Shown in pieces: positions 1 to 13,550 of a DNA stretch of 64,000 nucleotides. The DNA comes from Octopus sinensis. Lineage: Eukaryota. Position numbers and translations under genes: made by a program. Within the stretch, counting starts at the first letter, position 1, and each line of letters begins with the position of its first letter. Location: assembly GCF_006345805.1 (NCBI RefSeq), contig NC_043005.1, positions 101,680,001 to 101,744,000 of the forward strand, written 5' to 3'. The notes beneath the pieces were generated by a model that saw only the letters and a program-made list of their open reading frames with translations, was not told the DNA's origin and did not search any database.

Positions 1-124
1 AGCCGGTGCTTTCGAAGAAAAGTGTATAGCGCTAATTGTTCCGCCTGATGCACTGGCGGCTCTTTTGTATGCACTCGACATAGGAAATGTAACGGTTTCT
101 GATTTAAGCACAAGGCCAATAGTT

Positions 125-288
125 TTAAGGGAAAGGGGGTTTGTCGATATAATCGACGGCTGTACTTGACAGACAACTTATTTCATCGACACCACGATAT
201 GATGAAAGACAAAGTTGACCTCGGCGGGATTTGAACTCAGAAAGTGAAAAGCCGAAACAAATACGGTCTAACGAATCTGCCAGCTCAT
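125..288 (-). mobile_element. tRNA-derived SINE with Nin/Deu-like core, diverged copy
   Basis: Contains ttgacctcggcgggatttgaactcag (antisense B box) and ends tctgccagctc; diverged match to the young copies at 33169 and 51065. Confidence 0.75.
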
Positions 289-1456
289 ATGTGAGTAACT
301 CGTTGCCAAACACTACCCGTAGAACGTACGATATAAACTCTTCCGAACGTACGATATAGATTCAATTTATAGATTAAATAAATATATATATATATCTATG
401 TGTGTGTATATGTATATATATGTATACATAAACGCGGTGTAGATGAAACAGGGACAACTGAAGAAGGGGAATATTCCTTGTGTTGTATGTCTTGTACTCT
501 GTATTTTTTTGTTGTTTGCAACAAAGTTTGTTTCTATGTTTTTGTTTTAATGTTTTCGTTTCTCATTGTGTTCAACGTTTTTTTTTTGATTTCCTGTATC
601 CATATATGTATGTATATGTGCATATATTTATATATTATTTATATTATTATATGATCGAACGCCACGCTTCCTTTTCCAAGTAAGTTTTATGTATGCACAT
701 ATTTTTTGTTCCTATACATACATAGACTCACACATATAGATGAGTATGTATGTCCGTATGAGACATATATTTTCATTGCTGTATAACATTTCATTATATA
801 TGGATCTAAATGAAATAAAGAGTAATTTAAAATATGAAAGAAAAAACAAAGATGGTTTTAAAAAACATAGAAGGAAAATTAAAAAGTCATAAATTATATA
901 AAGAAAACAAAGCAATAGCATGAACCTGCTACCAAACAAAAACCATTCCCATTCCAAGAGGCAATGATTGATGGGATATGTTTACCAATGATAACAAACG
1001 CCGCCAACAGTAAAATTCACAATAATAATAATAATAACAACAGCAAATGCAACAAAAATATAGAACAATAAGCACCTTCGAAGAAAACCCTTCAAACCCC
1101 AATACAAACACTAAATATACAACAACAATAGCCAACTTAATAATAATTCCAATACAATAATATGCACAATAGCAAAAACAGCAACAACAAAAAAAAGAAA
1201 ATAGCTGTTGTATTTAGTCTAAGAGAAATTAGACTCCTTAATCTAATCCAGCTTCTGAAACAGAAAATGTATTTAAACCAAGTAATAAACAGACACTAAA
1301 ATTGAAAACTACCTTTAAAGCAATAACGGACAATGTAATCCAGTAATCCATCGAACGAGCTGCTGTGCTACCACGTCTTCTAATATTGATAGAAAAAACA
1401 AATACATATGTATATGTATGCATACGCGCATGTATGTATGTATCTCCCTCTGCCTT

Positions 1457-1502
<46 letters not shown>

Positions 1503-1514
1503 CTCGCCTCCCAC

Positions 1515-2345
1515 ATTGACGTAGGTTGTAACTACCCAACGTCAATAATCAAATAATTAGTAGTCATATTTGCAACCTATCCGTTTGCACTAAGAAAGAG
1601 TGGCCCCGTTAGAAATATCCTATTAGAACATCGCATTAGAAAGATCCGATTTTAAGAATAGTATAACCTATATTGAAACAAGCGTAGATAGGTTAAAAAG
1701 ACGTAAATAGAGGAAAATAATAAGGAGAAATTCTCCATAGAGCAAGTGTAGCTACGAATATAGCTGGATAATTTCTGAAATTCATTGACACCCACTCCCC
1801 CCATTCACAGAAATACAAGATATTCAATAGAATTACAATTAGCTACAATTACCTCTCTAACATGAAATCGATGATTTTCAATGGCAATACGAATAAGAAT
1901 ATTAGGAACACCAAATATATTTGTAGATTCACGAGTAACTGTCTCTTCAACGATAGCTTTCTGGAAAAAGAACTACTGTACAAGGTCAGCCTCACGAACT
2001 TGAACGGAACAAGAAAACTTACTGTAAAATAACGAGAAATACTTTCAAGGAGAGAGATACGCAGAACGTGGCTTCGTTCCGAGGCAAAAAGAAGTGATGT
2101 GCAACATCTTTATCCAATATGGTATGGAAACGTAAGGAGAGGAACATAAACAAACTCATATAAAGTCGGGCATCATAGATAAGGACCGCAAATGCAGGGA
2201 GCTGGCCAGGAAATGCAACCTCTGTATAACGGAATAAAGGAATATTATAATATAAACAACGATGAACTTTCAAGATAATAGGGAGAAAAACCCCCTTGCA
2301 TGCATAAGAAACAAATCATACTTCAAAATTTCAAGAATGAACCCC
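1515..2345 (+). pseudogene. Decayed Naiad-type Penelope-like element: RT thumb, linker and GIY-YIG endonuclease
   Basis: Manual translation across many stops and frameshifts gives NYPTSIIK, RRK.RKII..N.P..SK..ATNIAG.FLKFIDTH, FNRITISY..LSNMKS, ITRNTFKER, SLSNMVWK, RKCNLCITE and CMHKK. These motifs are colinear with those of the element at 5965-7298. Confidence 0.75.
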
Positions 2346-2989
2346 ACCTACTCTGCCATCCTCCAATCCGTGTAAGTGTATGGATATCGATAATATGCAG
2401 ATTTTGATTTATTTGCACATTATACATTATAAACATTTACTCCCATGTTGGATTCCTTACGTACAGAGATTTATATGCGTAACATATATTCATGACATCA
2501 CACGATTCACAGGAAAAACATATTTACATGAACTTATTAACTTAAGACACCGTGACCAAATTTGGTGCATAAAAAATTCTGAGGAATCTCATAAACAGGC
2601 GTATGTACAAACTTAAATAAGAAGAAAACGCACGTCGCAGGTGCGTGCATATATGCATGTGAGTGCGCGTTTGTGTGTGTATGTATGTGCGTTTGTATTT
2701 ATAATTTTTATGTGTATATGTAGGTTTGTGAACATTCACACACTTATATCTATAGATACGGAGGGCTCGAGCGTTTACACAAAATATTCCTATAAGTTAC
2801 CTCCCGTGATTTGTGCATTTATATCGGAATCCCCGTTCAGTCTCGTGTTGCTTCGTACATTCTCAGCTAAAAGGGAGACGGGTACCAACACCTTCATGTA
2901 GTGTGCATAAACAATTGTACAGACATCTTCGCCTGAAACCACTCGTTGCTTTATTGACCGACAAAGTATTTAGTTAATATATATAATAC

Positions 2990-2996
2990 ACACACA

Positions 2997-3062
<66 letters not shown>

Positions 3063-4036
3063 ATATATTTATTATATAGAAGGAGCTTCTACAGCTAGAA
3101 CTGTTTCATTCAAGAGAAATCTTCAGGAATCTAGTTAACAAGAATTGTATTGGCCATTTATACATTTAGGCAGGTTTAAAGGGTGTTGGTGGGGGACTTT
3201 TGGGGGTAGGCATAGCGCAAAATATCATACTTGTGGAGTGGTCAAGGAGTCGTGTTAAATTAGATAGAAAATAAATAAAGAAATAAAAAAAATATATATA
3301 AAAAATATATATATGAAAAAAGGGGGAATAGAGTTTTAGGTAAATAAGGAGATTCTCACTTATACCTATGCACATATGTATACATATATAACACACACAT
3401 ACAACCATATATACATATACTACACACATACATACACACACACATATATACATATATATACACTTACACATACATATACATATCTACACATACACATATA
3501 TGTATACATACACACACTCAATGCATACACGTATACACACATGTATATATACACACACGACCACACATACATATACACAAAAAAATATATATACACATAC
3601 ACACACATACTCACATACACGCATACACACACATATCCACACACACCACATGCACACACAACACACTAGTCCTATATCACATATATACACATACACACAT
3701 ATATACACACACATACATAACATCTATATATATATATATAATATATATATATATAGTGTACCTATGCATACCTACACATACCACATATATATATATATAT
3801 ATATATAATATACACACATACACATATATACATATAATACACACATACACATACATACATATACACACATACACATACATACGTATACATACATACATAC
3901 ATCCATACATCCATACATGCATACATTTATACACATACACACACCCACCACGTATACATATACATACATATATATACGCGCATGCATACACATACAAATA
4001 CATACACATAGCATATACATATACATACATACTAAT

Positions 4037-4091
<55 letters not shown>

Positions 4092-4459
4092 CACACACAT
4101 ACATATACATACATATACAAATATACGCACACACATACATACATACTCATATACACATACATAACGCACATACACATGTACATGCGTACTCATACACACC
4201 ACACACACGCGCATCCTATATACACATAAGTACACACATGCGTAAAAGTATACATATATCTATGCTTACACATACACACACACACACGCGCCTCCTTATA
4301 TTCATACTTACATGCATACTCAAAAAATAAGTAAATAGTAAATATATATACGCGCAGATATTCATACATGCATACTCAAAAAATATAATAAATATTAAGT
4401 ATATGTACGTGCAGTTACCTATTATATAGACGGATACATACATATAACTTACAACACAA

Positions 4460-4530
<71 letters not shown>

Positions 4531-4776
4531 ATACATATATACATATATACACATATACATACACATACATATACACCATATATATACACACACACACATA
4601 CACATATATATTATACATACTTACACACATGTACAAATACATACACGCATAGATAACTCTACGTACCTACATATACATAAACACACGAGCGTACACGTAT
4701 ATGTACATATACACATACACATACACACGCATATATATACATACATACACATACACACATATATACACACATATAC

Positions 4777-4823
<47 letters not shown>

Positions 4824-5068
4824 CACACACATATACATGTGTGCAAACATACATACATACTCATACACGCACACACACTTACATATACATATATACACAC
4901 ACTTACACACATATATACATACACATATACATACATACATACATACATATATGCATACATACACACACACATATATATATATATACATACATACACATAC
5001 ACATACCTATACATATATATACACACACACATATACACATGCACATACTTATATCTCTACATACTCGC

Positions 5069-5122
<54 letters not shown>

Positions 5123-5353
5123 ATATACCTATATACATGTATATATACACACACATATATATACACATCTACAATTTGTATCTACACTCACATACATGCA
5201 CATACACATAACTCTACATACCTACATATACATCGACATACTCGCGTACACTCATATATATACACATATATACATATACACACACACATACATATACATA
5301 TACATATATATATATATAAAATATATACATAATACACATATACACACACATAC

Positions 5354-5420
<67 letters not shown>

Positions 5421-5500
5421 ATACATACATACATACACATATACATACATGTACATATATATATACATATACATATATATACACAGACATACATATATCA
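2990..5500. repeat. ~2.5 kb compound (TA)n/(CA)n/(CATA)n low-complexity tract, with a unique island at ~3070-3270
   Basis: Seen directly; source of the Y/I/H/T and V/C/Y/M pseudo-ORFs. Confidence 0.95.
3095..3134 (-). ncRNA. Partly decayed minimal type I hammerhead-like motif at a probable PLE 3' end
   Basis: Minus strand reads CTGAAGA-t-TTC-tctt-GAA-t-GAAA-cag-TT. Core boxes are canonical; stem I and the first stem II pair are imperfect. A C-rich tract (3170-3260) precedes it, similar to the 3' UTR of the 5965 element. Confidence 0.45.
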
Positions 5501-5795
5501 ACAATTGAGGGTAAAGTTAATTAGTTATTAATCAATTTCACCAAGTATTCAGTATGTAAAAGGACCATTATATTTTTTTGAGTAAACAAAGTCTGAGGGA
5601 AAATATTCTCTAAGTAGTGGAAGAGGCTAAAAAACTTTTTTGGCTGCTATTTCTAGAAAGTTCAGTATGTGGCAAAGTATTTTATTTTACTAAGCCCTAA
5701 TTATATAATATTTTATACATACACATACATACACACATACATATACACATACATATGCATACACACATATATACATATATACATATATACATATA

Positions 5796-5826
<31 letters not shown>

Positions 5827-5964
5827 GCACATACATATATATATATATTTTTTTTTTACATACATACACACACACACATAATACATGCGTATATTCCTAC
5901 TATACCCATACATTTCTATACATATATACGATACACATATACAAGCGTGCACATACAATATGTG

Positions 5965-7298
5965 AAAGGTCTTAGGAGAAAAGGTATCGGGTGTGCTAGG
6001 GGAACGGTGGGATTGGGGGGTTTGTGGGTGGGGTTCATCAATCTGGTTGCCGGGTAGGTCTATAGTTCTTGTAGTTCGCATACTTCTTATGCATGCAATT
6101 TGGGAGTGTTCTGAGATTTTGTTAAGGAGAGGGCCTTTGGCGAACAAGATCTCTAGGCTCTCCGATATGCAGAGGTCACAGCAGGTATGGCCTCCTGTGT
6201 ACGAGCGCGCCTTCTGTAGTAGTTTCCACTTGGTCTTGAGGGGATGGAGTTCCTTTTAAGGTACCAGATGTGGCGGCGAGGGTAGTTTGGTTGGATTTAT
6301 CCTGTCGCCGGAACGAGTGTGTGTGTGCGTACCAACGGGTCTTAAAGCTGTTTGACGTCATTCCGATGTAGGATTTTCTTTTATCGTCAGGGCCTGATCT
6401 TACCTCGCATGATATACTAGGTCCCTCTGTAGGCAGTTTTGTTGAGGGGGCAGGTGGTTTTATCAGGGCAGTTGCAATTGCTATCGGACGTTGGATGGGC
6501 CTCGGAAAAAGTAGATATGTTAAGTTTTTTCACATTGTTGTTGGCTAGGTTCCTGGCTAGATTGGGCGTGGTAGAGTAGGAGAGTCTAAGTGTTCTTATT
6601 TAGGATAGTAGTACTTATGTTGGGTGGGGAAGTGTTTCTGTAGGAGAGTGAAGAAGATTTTAGCTACAGGTGTAGCGACCACACGGTTGAAGGGGGGGTT
6701 GTACCAGCTAATGTGTCTTCGTCTATTTTTCCTGGGTTGGCGTGGGGCTATACTAGTATAGGTAATCTTATCTTTAAAGCCACTGCGGGCCAGTGCCTCG
6801 TTGTAATAGGGGGCTGCGGTCTTAAAGATATCTTCCGTGGCGGACAGGCTAGAAATTCTAATTGAGACACTTTTTACTAGGTTATCTAATATATTTTTGG
6901 GGTGGTTGGAATTAATATCTATATATCTAAGGGATTCATTCGGTTTGTGGTATGGGTAATAAAGTGAGGTTTTTAAGTCGAGGGTGACATCAAGGAAGTT
7001 AGCTTTTGTTAAGTTGGATTCTAAGGTAATCCTAAGGCCTAAGTTTTTAAAGAAGGTGTAAAGATTTTTCCGGAACCCATCCGTGGTCCTGGGGTTTATT
7101 TTGTGGAGGGCGAAAAGGCCGTCATCGCGGTAAAGACCACCGGAGAGGCCTGTGAATAGGGTTTTCAGCCTATGGAGGATGAAAAGGCCCACTAGGTCAC
7201 TTATTTCAGCAGAGTCGTTAGCACCCATGCTGACGTCGAAGGGGGTCACAGATTCTTTGTTGATCCAGTGGGATCCGTCATAGAAAAGAAAGGTCTTA
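5965..7298 (-). mobile_element. 5'-truncated Naiad-type Penelope-like retroelement (RT + GIY-YIG), frameshifted
   Basis: ORF 6596-7333 has FDVSMGANDSAE, LYRDDGL, FLDVTLDL, SNHP and WYNPPF...KHFP. Downstream in shifted frames: LSYSTTPN, CNCPDKTTCPL, VYHA...SYIGMTSNSFKTRWYAHTHSF, CDLCISE, LNKISE and CMHKK. At least four frameshifts after 6600. Confidence 0.9.
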
Positions 7299-7299
7299 C

Positions 7300-7349
<50 letters not shown>

Positions 7350-7407
7350 TATATATATATATATATATAATATATTATATATATATATACATATATACAT
7401 ATACATA

Positions 7408-7680
7408 TGGTGATGGTGACCCCCTTCGGTCAGACACTGACCATAGTTTTCACCTAGAAAGTTTCCCTCTGAGGCACAAGTCTGGGCAAGGTTGTTTTTA
7501 TGGAAGACCAGCAGTCGCCCATGCATACTGGCCTCCCCCTCCACGTCACCGATGTTGTCCAAGGGGAAGGCAAGGGCCGATACAGCTTGGCACCTGTGAC
7601 GTTGCAACACATTTCTACAGCTGAGTGAACTGGAGCAAAGTGAAATAAAGTGTCTTGTTCAAGAACACAACACGCAGCCC
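7408..7680 (-). mobile_element. SINE with CORE-like domain and RTE-like 3' tail, head truncated
   Basis: ctgagtgaactggagcaaagtgaaataaagtgtcttgttcaagaacacaac is shared with 55925-55985. A short copy of the tail end recurs at ~63470-63500 (+). Confidence 0.65.
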
Positions 7681-7682
7681 AC

Positions 7683-7713
<31 letters not shown>

Positions 7714-7831
7714 CCTTCATGCGCGCATGTATGTGTTTATGTATGTATGCATGGTGTATATTCGTATGTGTGTATGTATGTATATATGCATGTATGTATA
7801 TATATATGTATATATATATATATATTATATA

Positions 7832-7897
<66 letters not shown>

Positions 7898-8374
7898 TAT
7901 ACGTGTGTGTGTGTGTGTATGTATCTTTAACTTGTTTCCGTGATTGCGGTGCTAACATGCTGGGGACTATTTTCTTACAGACTAATACTTATTTAAACGG
8001 TCCTTTTTACCAATTCGCTTGTTGGGAAGAAGCAGACAAGCCGATGTCAGCTTGTCTGCTTCTCCCCACCACACACACATACACACACACTCACACACAT
8101 ACACAAACGCACGCACACGCACGCACGCACGCACACGCACGCACGCACACGCACGCACGCACACACACACACACACACATACACACACAAGGTGGGGTTT
8201 CTGTCTACTAAATTCACTCGCAAGGCGTTAGTCAAAGACAATTGATGTAAGGGCCTCTTAGACGGATTGAACTCAAAACGACGCGATCGCAGAGAAAAAT
8301 GTTTTTGTTTTTACCAGAAAACCTTGTTTTCACCTTAGTATGTGTGTATGCAGATATATATATACATGCATACA

Positions 8375-8495
<121 letters not shown>

Positions 8496-8919
8496 AAAAT
8501 GATATAAAGAGAGAGAGAAAGAGAGAAAGAGGGAGAGAGACATATAGAATCAACATTTTGTTCTTGAGCAAAAGACTGTTTTGTACATTATATTCGAATT
8601 ACATAATATAATCATCACGCCATACCGAAAGACAAATGGCCAACTATCGTACTAAGAAAAGTGAGAGTTCATTGCATTGCATAATGAAAGCATGGCAAAC
8701 CGGTATTGAGTGTCTGAGTTGCTAGCAATTCTTACATATGCTACATTCCTTTCGTATATATGCCTGTGTGTGCGGATTGTTTGTGTGTACACCCGACCTC
8801 ATACAGCAGATAATGTTTTTCCGTTTACTGCCTTTCTGCCATTCTCGAGATTAAACTCCGTACATTCGAGTCATTGTACATATACAAGATGCGTAGTATT
8901 ATTTCGATATGGTGTTTCA

Positions 8920-8967
<48 letters not shown>

Positions 8968-9078
8968 ATTCTCTCTGTCTCCACAGATACACAAACACAC
9001 AAACGCACACACATTTACATAAACGCTTATACCAGCATGCATGCGCTCAGATATACACGATGCATTTATGTATCTAAT

Positions 9079-9144
<66 letters not shown>

Positions 9145-9519
9145 TTATGCTTTCCTAAAAACTTGATTTCGAAACGTACGTCCGTAGATAACTTAAAAAT
9201 GTATGATAGATTGCCGTCAATTCATTCTCTCTTACCTGTTTGTGTCTGCCTTCTAATTGCTGTTTTTACTGAGATCTCCCTTTTTAGTAGAAGAAATAGC
9301 TATAACCCTTTGACTGCTATTTCTAAATTCGGTATGTGGTAAGGCAATTCGTTGCTAAACCCTTTATTGCTTAGTATATATATATATATAATATATATAT
9401 ATACATGCATACATACATACATGAATGTATGTGCGTGTATATATATATGGCATACATACGTCTGTATTCATATATATATATATATTTCTTAGCCACTACA
9501 CACATTTTTTTCTCTCCTA

Positions 9520-10730
9520 AAATTTAAAAACCTATTGAACAGCATAAACCCAAATATACAGTTCACAATGGAATACAACCAAAAGGAGCTCCCGTTCTTG
9601 GATATACTAATTAAAAAAATTAGCCTTAAAATAGAAACAGACATTTTTTACAAAGCCACAGACGCCAAACAATACCTTCTTTTTAATTCATGCCACCCAA
9701 GACACACTAAAACAAACATCCCCTTCAACCTTGCAAGAAGGATATGCACAATAGTGTCAGAACAAAATACCAAGAACTTTAGACTGCAAGAACTCAAAAA
9801 CACCCTAATTGACAGACATTACTCAGCTCAACTCATAAAGGATGGGATCAGACGTGCAACAGAAATCAACATGGAAACTTTAAGAAAAGTTCAACACAAC
9901 AACACACCTTCCCCGAAAATACTACCTCACATATCTACATACAACCCCAGAAACAAAGAAGCCTTCACCATCATCACCCAGAATTTACCAATACTTCATA
10001 AAGACCCCAAATTAAAGGAAATTCTAAACATACACCAAATCATTAAAAGCTACAAACAGCCTAAATCACTCAAAAGATTCTCACAAAGGCAAAATTGTCT
10101 TCTGAATTATGGATGCAAAAGTAAAAAAATGTGGTAGATCGAACTGTGCAACATGTCCTAACCTGCTAGAAGGATCAGAATTCCTCTTTAAAGAGGGACA
10201 GAAATTCAAGATCAAATCTAACTTTACTTGTGCCTCTGAAAACATAATTTATGTCATAAAATGCTCGGGCTGCCACCAAGATTACGTGGGTTCCACGGGA
10301 CTATCACTCAGACGTAGATGCACACTGCATCGACAACAGATTGCATTCCCAGAATATAGAATGATACCTTTTAGTGAGCACATTGAGAAATGCGCAAAGC
10401 AACTACTACCACAATTTTTAATCTTTCCATTTTACCAATGTGCTTTCGGATCATCAACACAAATTAGACTAAACAAGGAAACATTCTTCATTGAAAAGTA
10501 CAAGCCCAGACTCAACCATCCGAACATACTGATACAGAGAAATTCACACCAAGGGAAAGGAAACAAATTTTAAGCGATTATCTCCCTTACACCGGAAGAA
10601 ATCACTCACTACCTTCCCTTATTTAGAACTCTCCTGAACATAAACATAACGAAAACTCTATTCAACATAAACATAACGTCGCAAGAAATTTGAAAAGCTA
10701 CACGCGAAACCGGTCTTTCTTTTAAATTAT
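9520..10730 (+). mobile_element. 5'-truncated Neptune-type Penelope-like element (RT C-terminus, Cys linker, GIY-YIG)
   Basis: ORF 9535-10137: LNSINPNIQFTME, LPFLDI, TDIFYKATD.KQYL.FNSCHP. ORF 10109-10573: CGRSNCATCP, FTCASENIIYVIKCSGC..YVGST, E.FFIEKY.P.LN. Frames break at ~10075-10110. The YxDD region is absent. Confidence 0.9.
10683..10721 (+). ncRNA. Minimal type I hammerhead ribozyme-like motif in the PLE 3' region
   Basis: aagaaa-t-TTGAAAA-gc-tacac-gc-GAAA-ccgg-TC-tttctt: 6-bp stem I, 2-bp stem II, palindromic ACCGGT stem III and a GUC cleavage triplet. Confidence 0.6.
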
Positions 10731-10883
10731 GTCATTATAAGAGAGAAAAAAAAAAAATCTTCTAATATTCTTCAGACATATTGACGCAAATATATATATT
10801 TTTTAACATTTAAGCCTTCTGTAGTTTTTTCACTCTTTACTATTTTATATATATTCACCCACGTGCTTTCACAAGCCAACTTT

Positions 10884-10924
<41 letters not shown>

Positions 10925-11409
10925 TAATATATGATAAAATAAAGCAGTAAAAAATATTAAACATATAAATACACGTCAAATCGTTATGATAAATATTGAT
11001 TTTGTAAGAAAACTCTAGATTCCCGTAGATATGATAGAAATAATGTACAACATACAGCCGTTAATACATACACACTTAGGAACTTACGGTCCCACATACA
11101 CACACATTTATACGCCCTCAAACAGACACAAATATTTATACACAAAAATAAACACACACACACATTCACATGGCACATAGACACTCAGTTAAAGGTCACC
11201 CCCAACACATATATTATACATTTCCCTCATACACTAAGGTACATACACTCACAATCATAGGCAGTTATCCATCATGAAAATGAAATAGAGAAACACAGTT
11301 ATATATAACAACTTATACATATGCACATTACACATCAAAGTTAATACATAAGCCAACACACACAGACACACACACATATATTACGTAGAGCACTCAACAC
11401 TTATACTCG

Positions 11410-11764
11410 ATCTTGTCGTGAGACAGCATTCACACAGGATGGGTTGAGCTGGCTTCATTCATCCTCAATGCTGCATCTCTCACAAACGCCAACCAGACCT
11501 GGCGATTTGAGGCTAACGACCGCGTTATCTCCAGCCACTCCTTATTCCAGCGGCGAACGCTGTAGATATGGGGGCCTATGTTGGGTCCCAGATCAGCCTT
11601 GACTGTCATCAGCCAGGTTTTTCGTTGCCCACGACATCGCTTTCGCTAACCCTGAAGGGGAGCTGGGGCAATTGCTTCGTAGATGAATTCTCCTGGTTGA
11701 CGACGGAGGGCATGACCCAGCCAACGCAGACGTCTCGTTAGGATGACTTGTTGGAGGGAGGTGA
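11410..11764 (-). mobile_element. 3' fragment of an RTE-clade LINE with 9-bp target-site duplication
   Basis: Translates to LTRRLRWLGHALRR...GQRKTW...PHIYSVRRWNK...LASNRQVW. ttatactcg flanks both sides (11401-11409 and 11765-11773). Confidence 0.75.
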
Positions 11765-12413
11765 TTATACTCGTTCACATTCTCATACACGTAAATGCCG
11801 CACATAGGAATACAGAATAACACTCATACTTATTCACATCAATACATTAGAACCTGTTGTCAATACACGCGCAGACGCATACATATACACAAGAACATAG
11901 ACACACTACACTACACACAGCACTTACTCTGCATATACACAGGTAACTCAAGAACACACGCACATACTACACTCTGCACGCTGCACTCAAAACACAGATA
12001 TCACATGCACTGCAGTATATGTTCTCATACGCGGTCATATTACTCAGCATCGTCCACATATATACATAACGACACCCAATGACATACAGACATACAATAT
12101 GGCTACCAAGTCAGAAGTCAGCAATAAGAAATTGCTTTGGGTTGTTAGATTTCAAATTTTGTAGCTCTGAGCAACTGTACAATATCTGGCAGACATAGCG
12201 TTTTTGAGGGCTTCGTGCCATGAGTTGGTTAGCTCTTTGAAAACAATGATTGGGAGGCAATATAGCTTCCTGTAGAGATAGGTGCTACAGGATTTGTTGG
12301 TGCCTTGGTTCACTAGATTCTCATGAGTTTGGACTTGCTGCGAAGTAGTCAGAAATAAAGCCTTGTCAGAAAATTTGTTGGAAGTCGCTGAGAAAGTAAG
12401 CTATTACATCTTG

Positions 12414-12712
12414 TTTGTTCCTTTTCGAGTCAGGCATGGCTCATAAAGGCCGGTTTTCCAGTTTCCTTGGCGTATAGGTTCCCTACCTGGATGGGACGCC
12501 GGTCCGTCGCAGGTGAGCTGCATGATGCAGGAGGAAAGAGTGAGAGAAAGTTGTGGCGAAAGAATCAGCAGAAGTTCGCCATTACCTTCTGCCGGAGCCG
12601 CGTGGAGCTTAGGTGTTTCGCTCATAAACACATACATTACCCGGTCTGAGATTCGAACCCGCGATCCTTCGACCGCGTGTCCGCTGCTCTAACCACTAGG
12701 CCATGTGCCTCT
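12414..12712 (-). mobile_element. tRNA-Arg-like SINE with V/Meta-like 3' part; 10-bp TSD
   Basis: Head has A and B boxes; the 3' part contains cctgcgacggaccggcgtcccatccagg. TSD ttacatcttg at 12404-12413 and 12716-12725. Confidence 0.8.
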
Positions 12713-13180
12713 ACGTTACATCTTGCTCAAGAGAGAGGACAAGTGATGCAGAATGAAGGAGCACTGAAGAGGTTAGAAACGTCTTTTTCACAATCACTGC
12801 GTCTGATTCAACAAAGCTCTTGCTGCTGTATGGAAGTTTTGTCGCCTAGATCCTTGGATGTCTCCGAGTAGCTTTGGTGTCGGCAGTGGAAGAGGCCGAA
12901 ACAGCTACAGAGCTGCTTCACCACCTGATGAGACATCAACTCTTGTATTCGGAGACGGAATGCTGGAGTTGATGTCAGCACACAGACATTCGCTCTACAT
13001 GTTGTTGGTGTATACGTTTAAAAACTTTGTTGTACCACTGTGGGACTGAAGAGATCTGGAAGAGCTTCTACACACACTGATGTAGTGATTGTTATCATTG
13101 TACCATTATTAGACTTTGCAGTATCTAGTGGACATATCGCTGTTGCACTTCGAGACGGAATACAGCAGCACCATCAGCAA

Positions 13181-13550
13181 GTGGTGACGCAATGGCTCAA
13201 TGGTTAGGGCAGCGGACTCGCGGTCAGAGGATCGCGGTTTCGATTCCCAGACCGGGCGTTGTGCGTGTTTATTGAGCGAAAACACCTAAAGCTCCACGAG
13301 GCTCCAGCAGGGGGTGGTGGCGTCCCCTGTTGTGCTCTTTCGCCACAACTTTCTCTCACTCTTTATTCTTGTTTGTAGTCCCCGACTTCCTACGCAACCG
13401 CTGAGCCTCGATGCGCATTCATCCATCCGTCGATGCTCTCGGTGTCGGGGGTTGACCTGCTTTCTCTTCTGCGGGTCTTACGAATAGCAAAGGACCATGT
13501 TTCGGACTTCTCCCATCTTGCGAGCTCTGGGACGAAGACCGTTCGCTCAA
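13181..13550 (+). mobile_element. tRNA-Arg-like SINE, tail type 2
   Basis: Head gcaatggctcaatggttagggcagcggactcgcggtcagaggatcgcggtttcgattccc; the whole element aligns by eye to 53423-53825. Confidence 0.85.

Noticed and set aside
322-358. 14-bp direct repeat gaacgtacgatata x2
   Set aside because: Only two units; a simple local slippage duplication.
458-480. Hammerhead relic CTGAAGA-agg...cct (similar relics at 2579 and ~32031)
   Set aside because: The GAAA box and cleavage site are missing, so these are at most dead remnants.
3166-5900. Long ORFs rich in Y/I/H/T or V/C/Y/M, here and throughout the window
   Set aside because: Translations of (TA)n/(CA)n/(CATA)n microsatellites, open in several frames on both strands.
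6000-6480. Selenoprotein-type Naiad (in-frame UGA at conserved Cys)
   Set aside because: The CNC..CP and CDLC cysteines use TGC/TGT. The TGA near 2095 in the other copy is not at a Cys position, and that copy is decayed.
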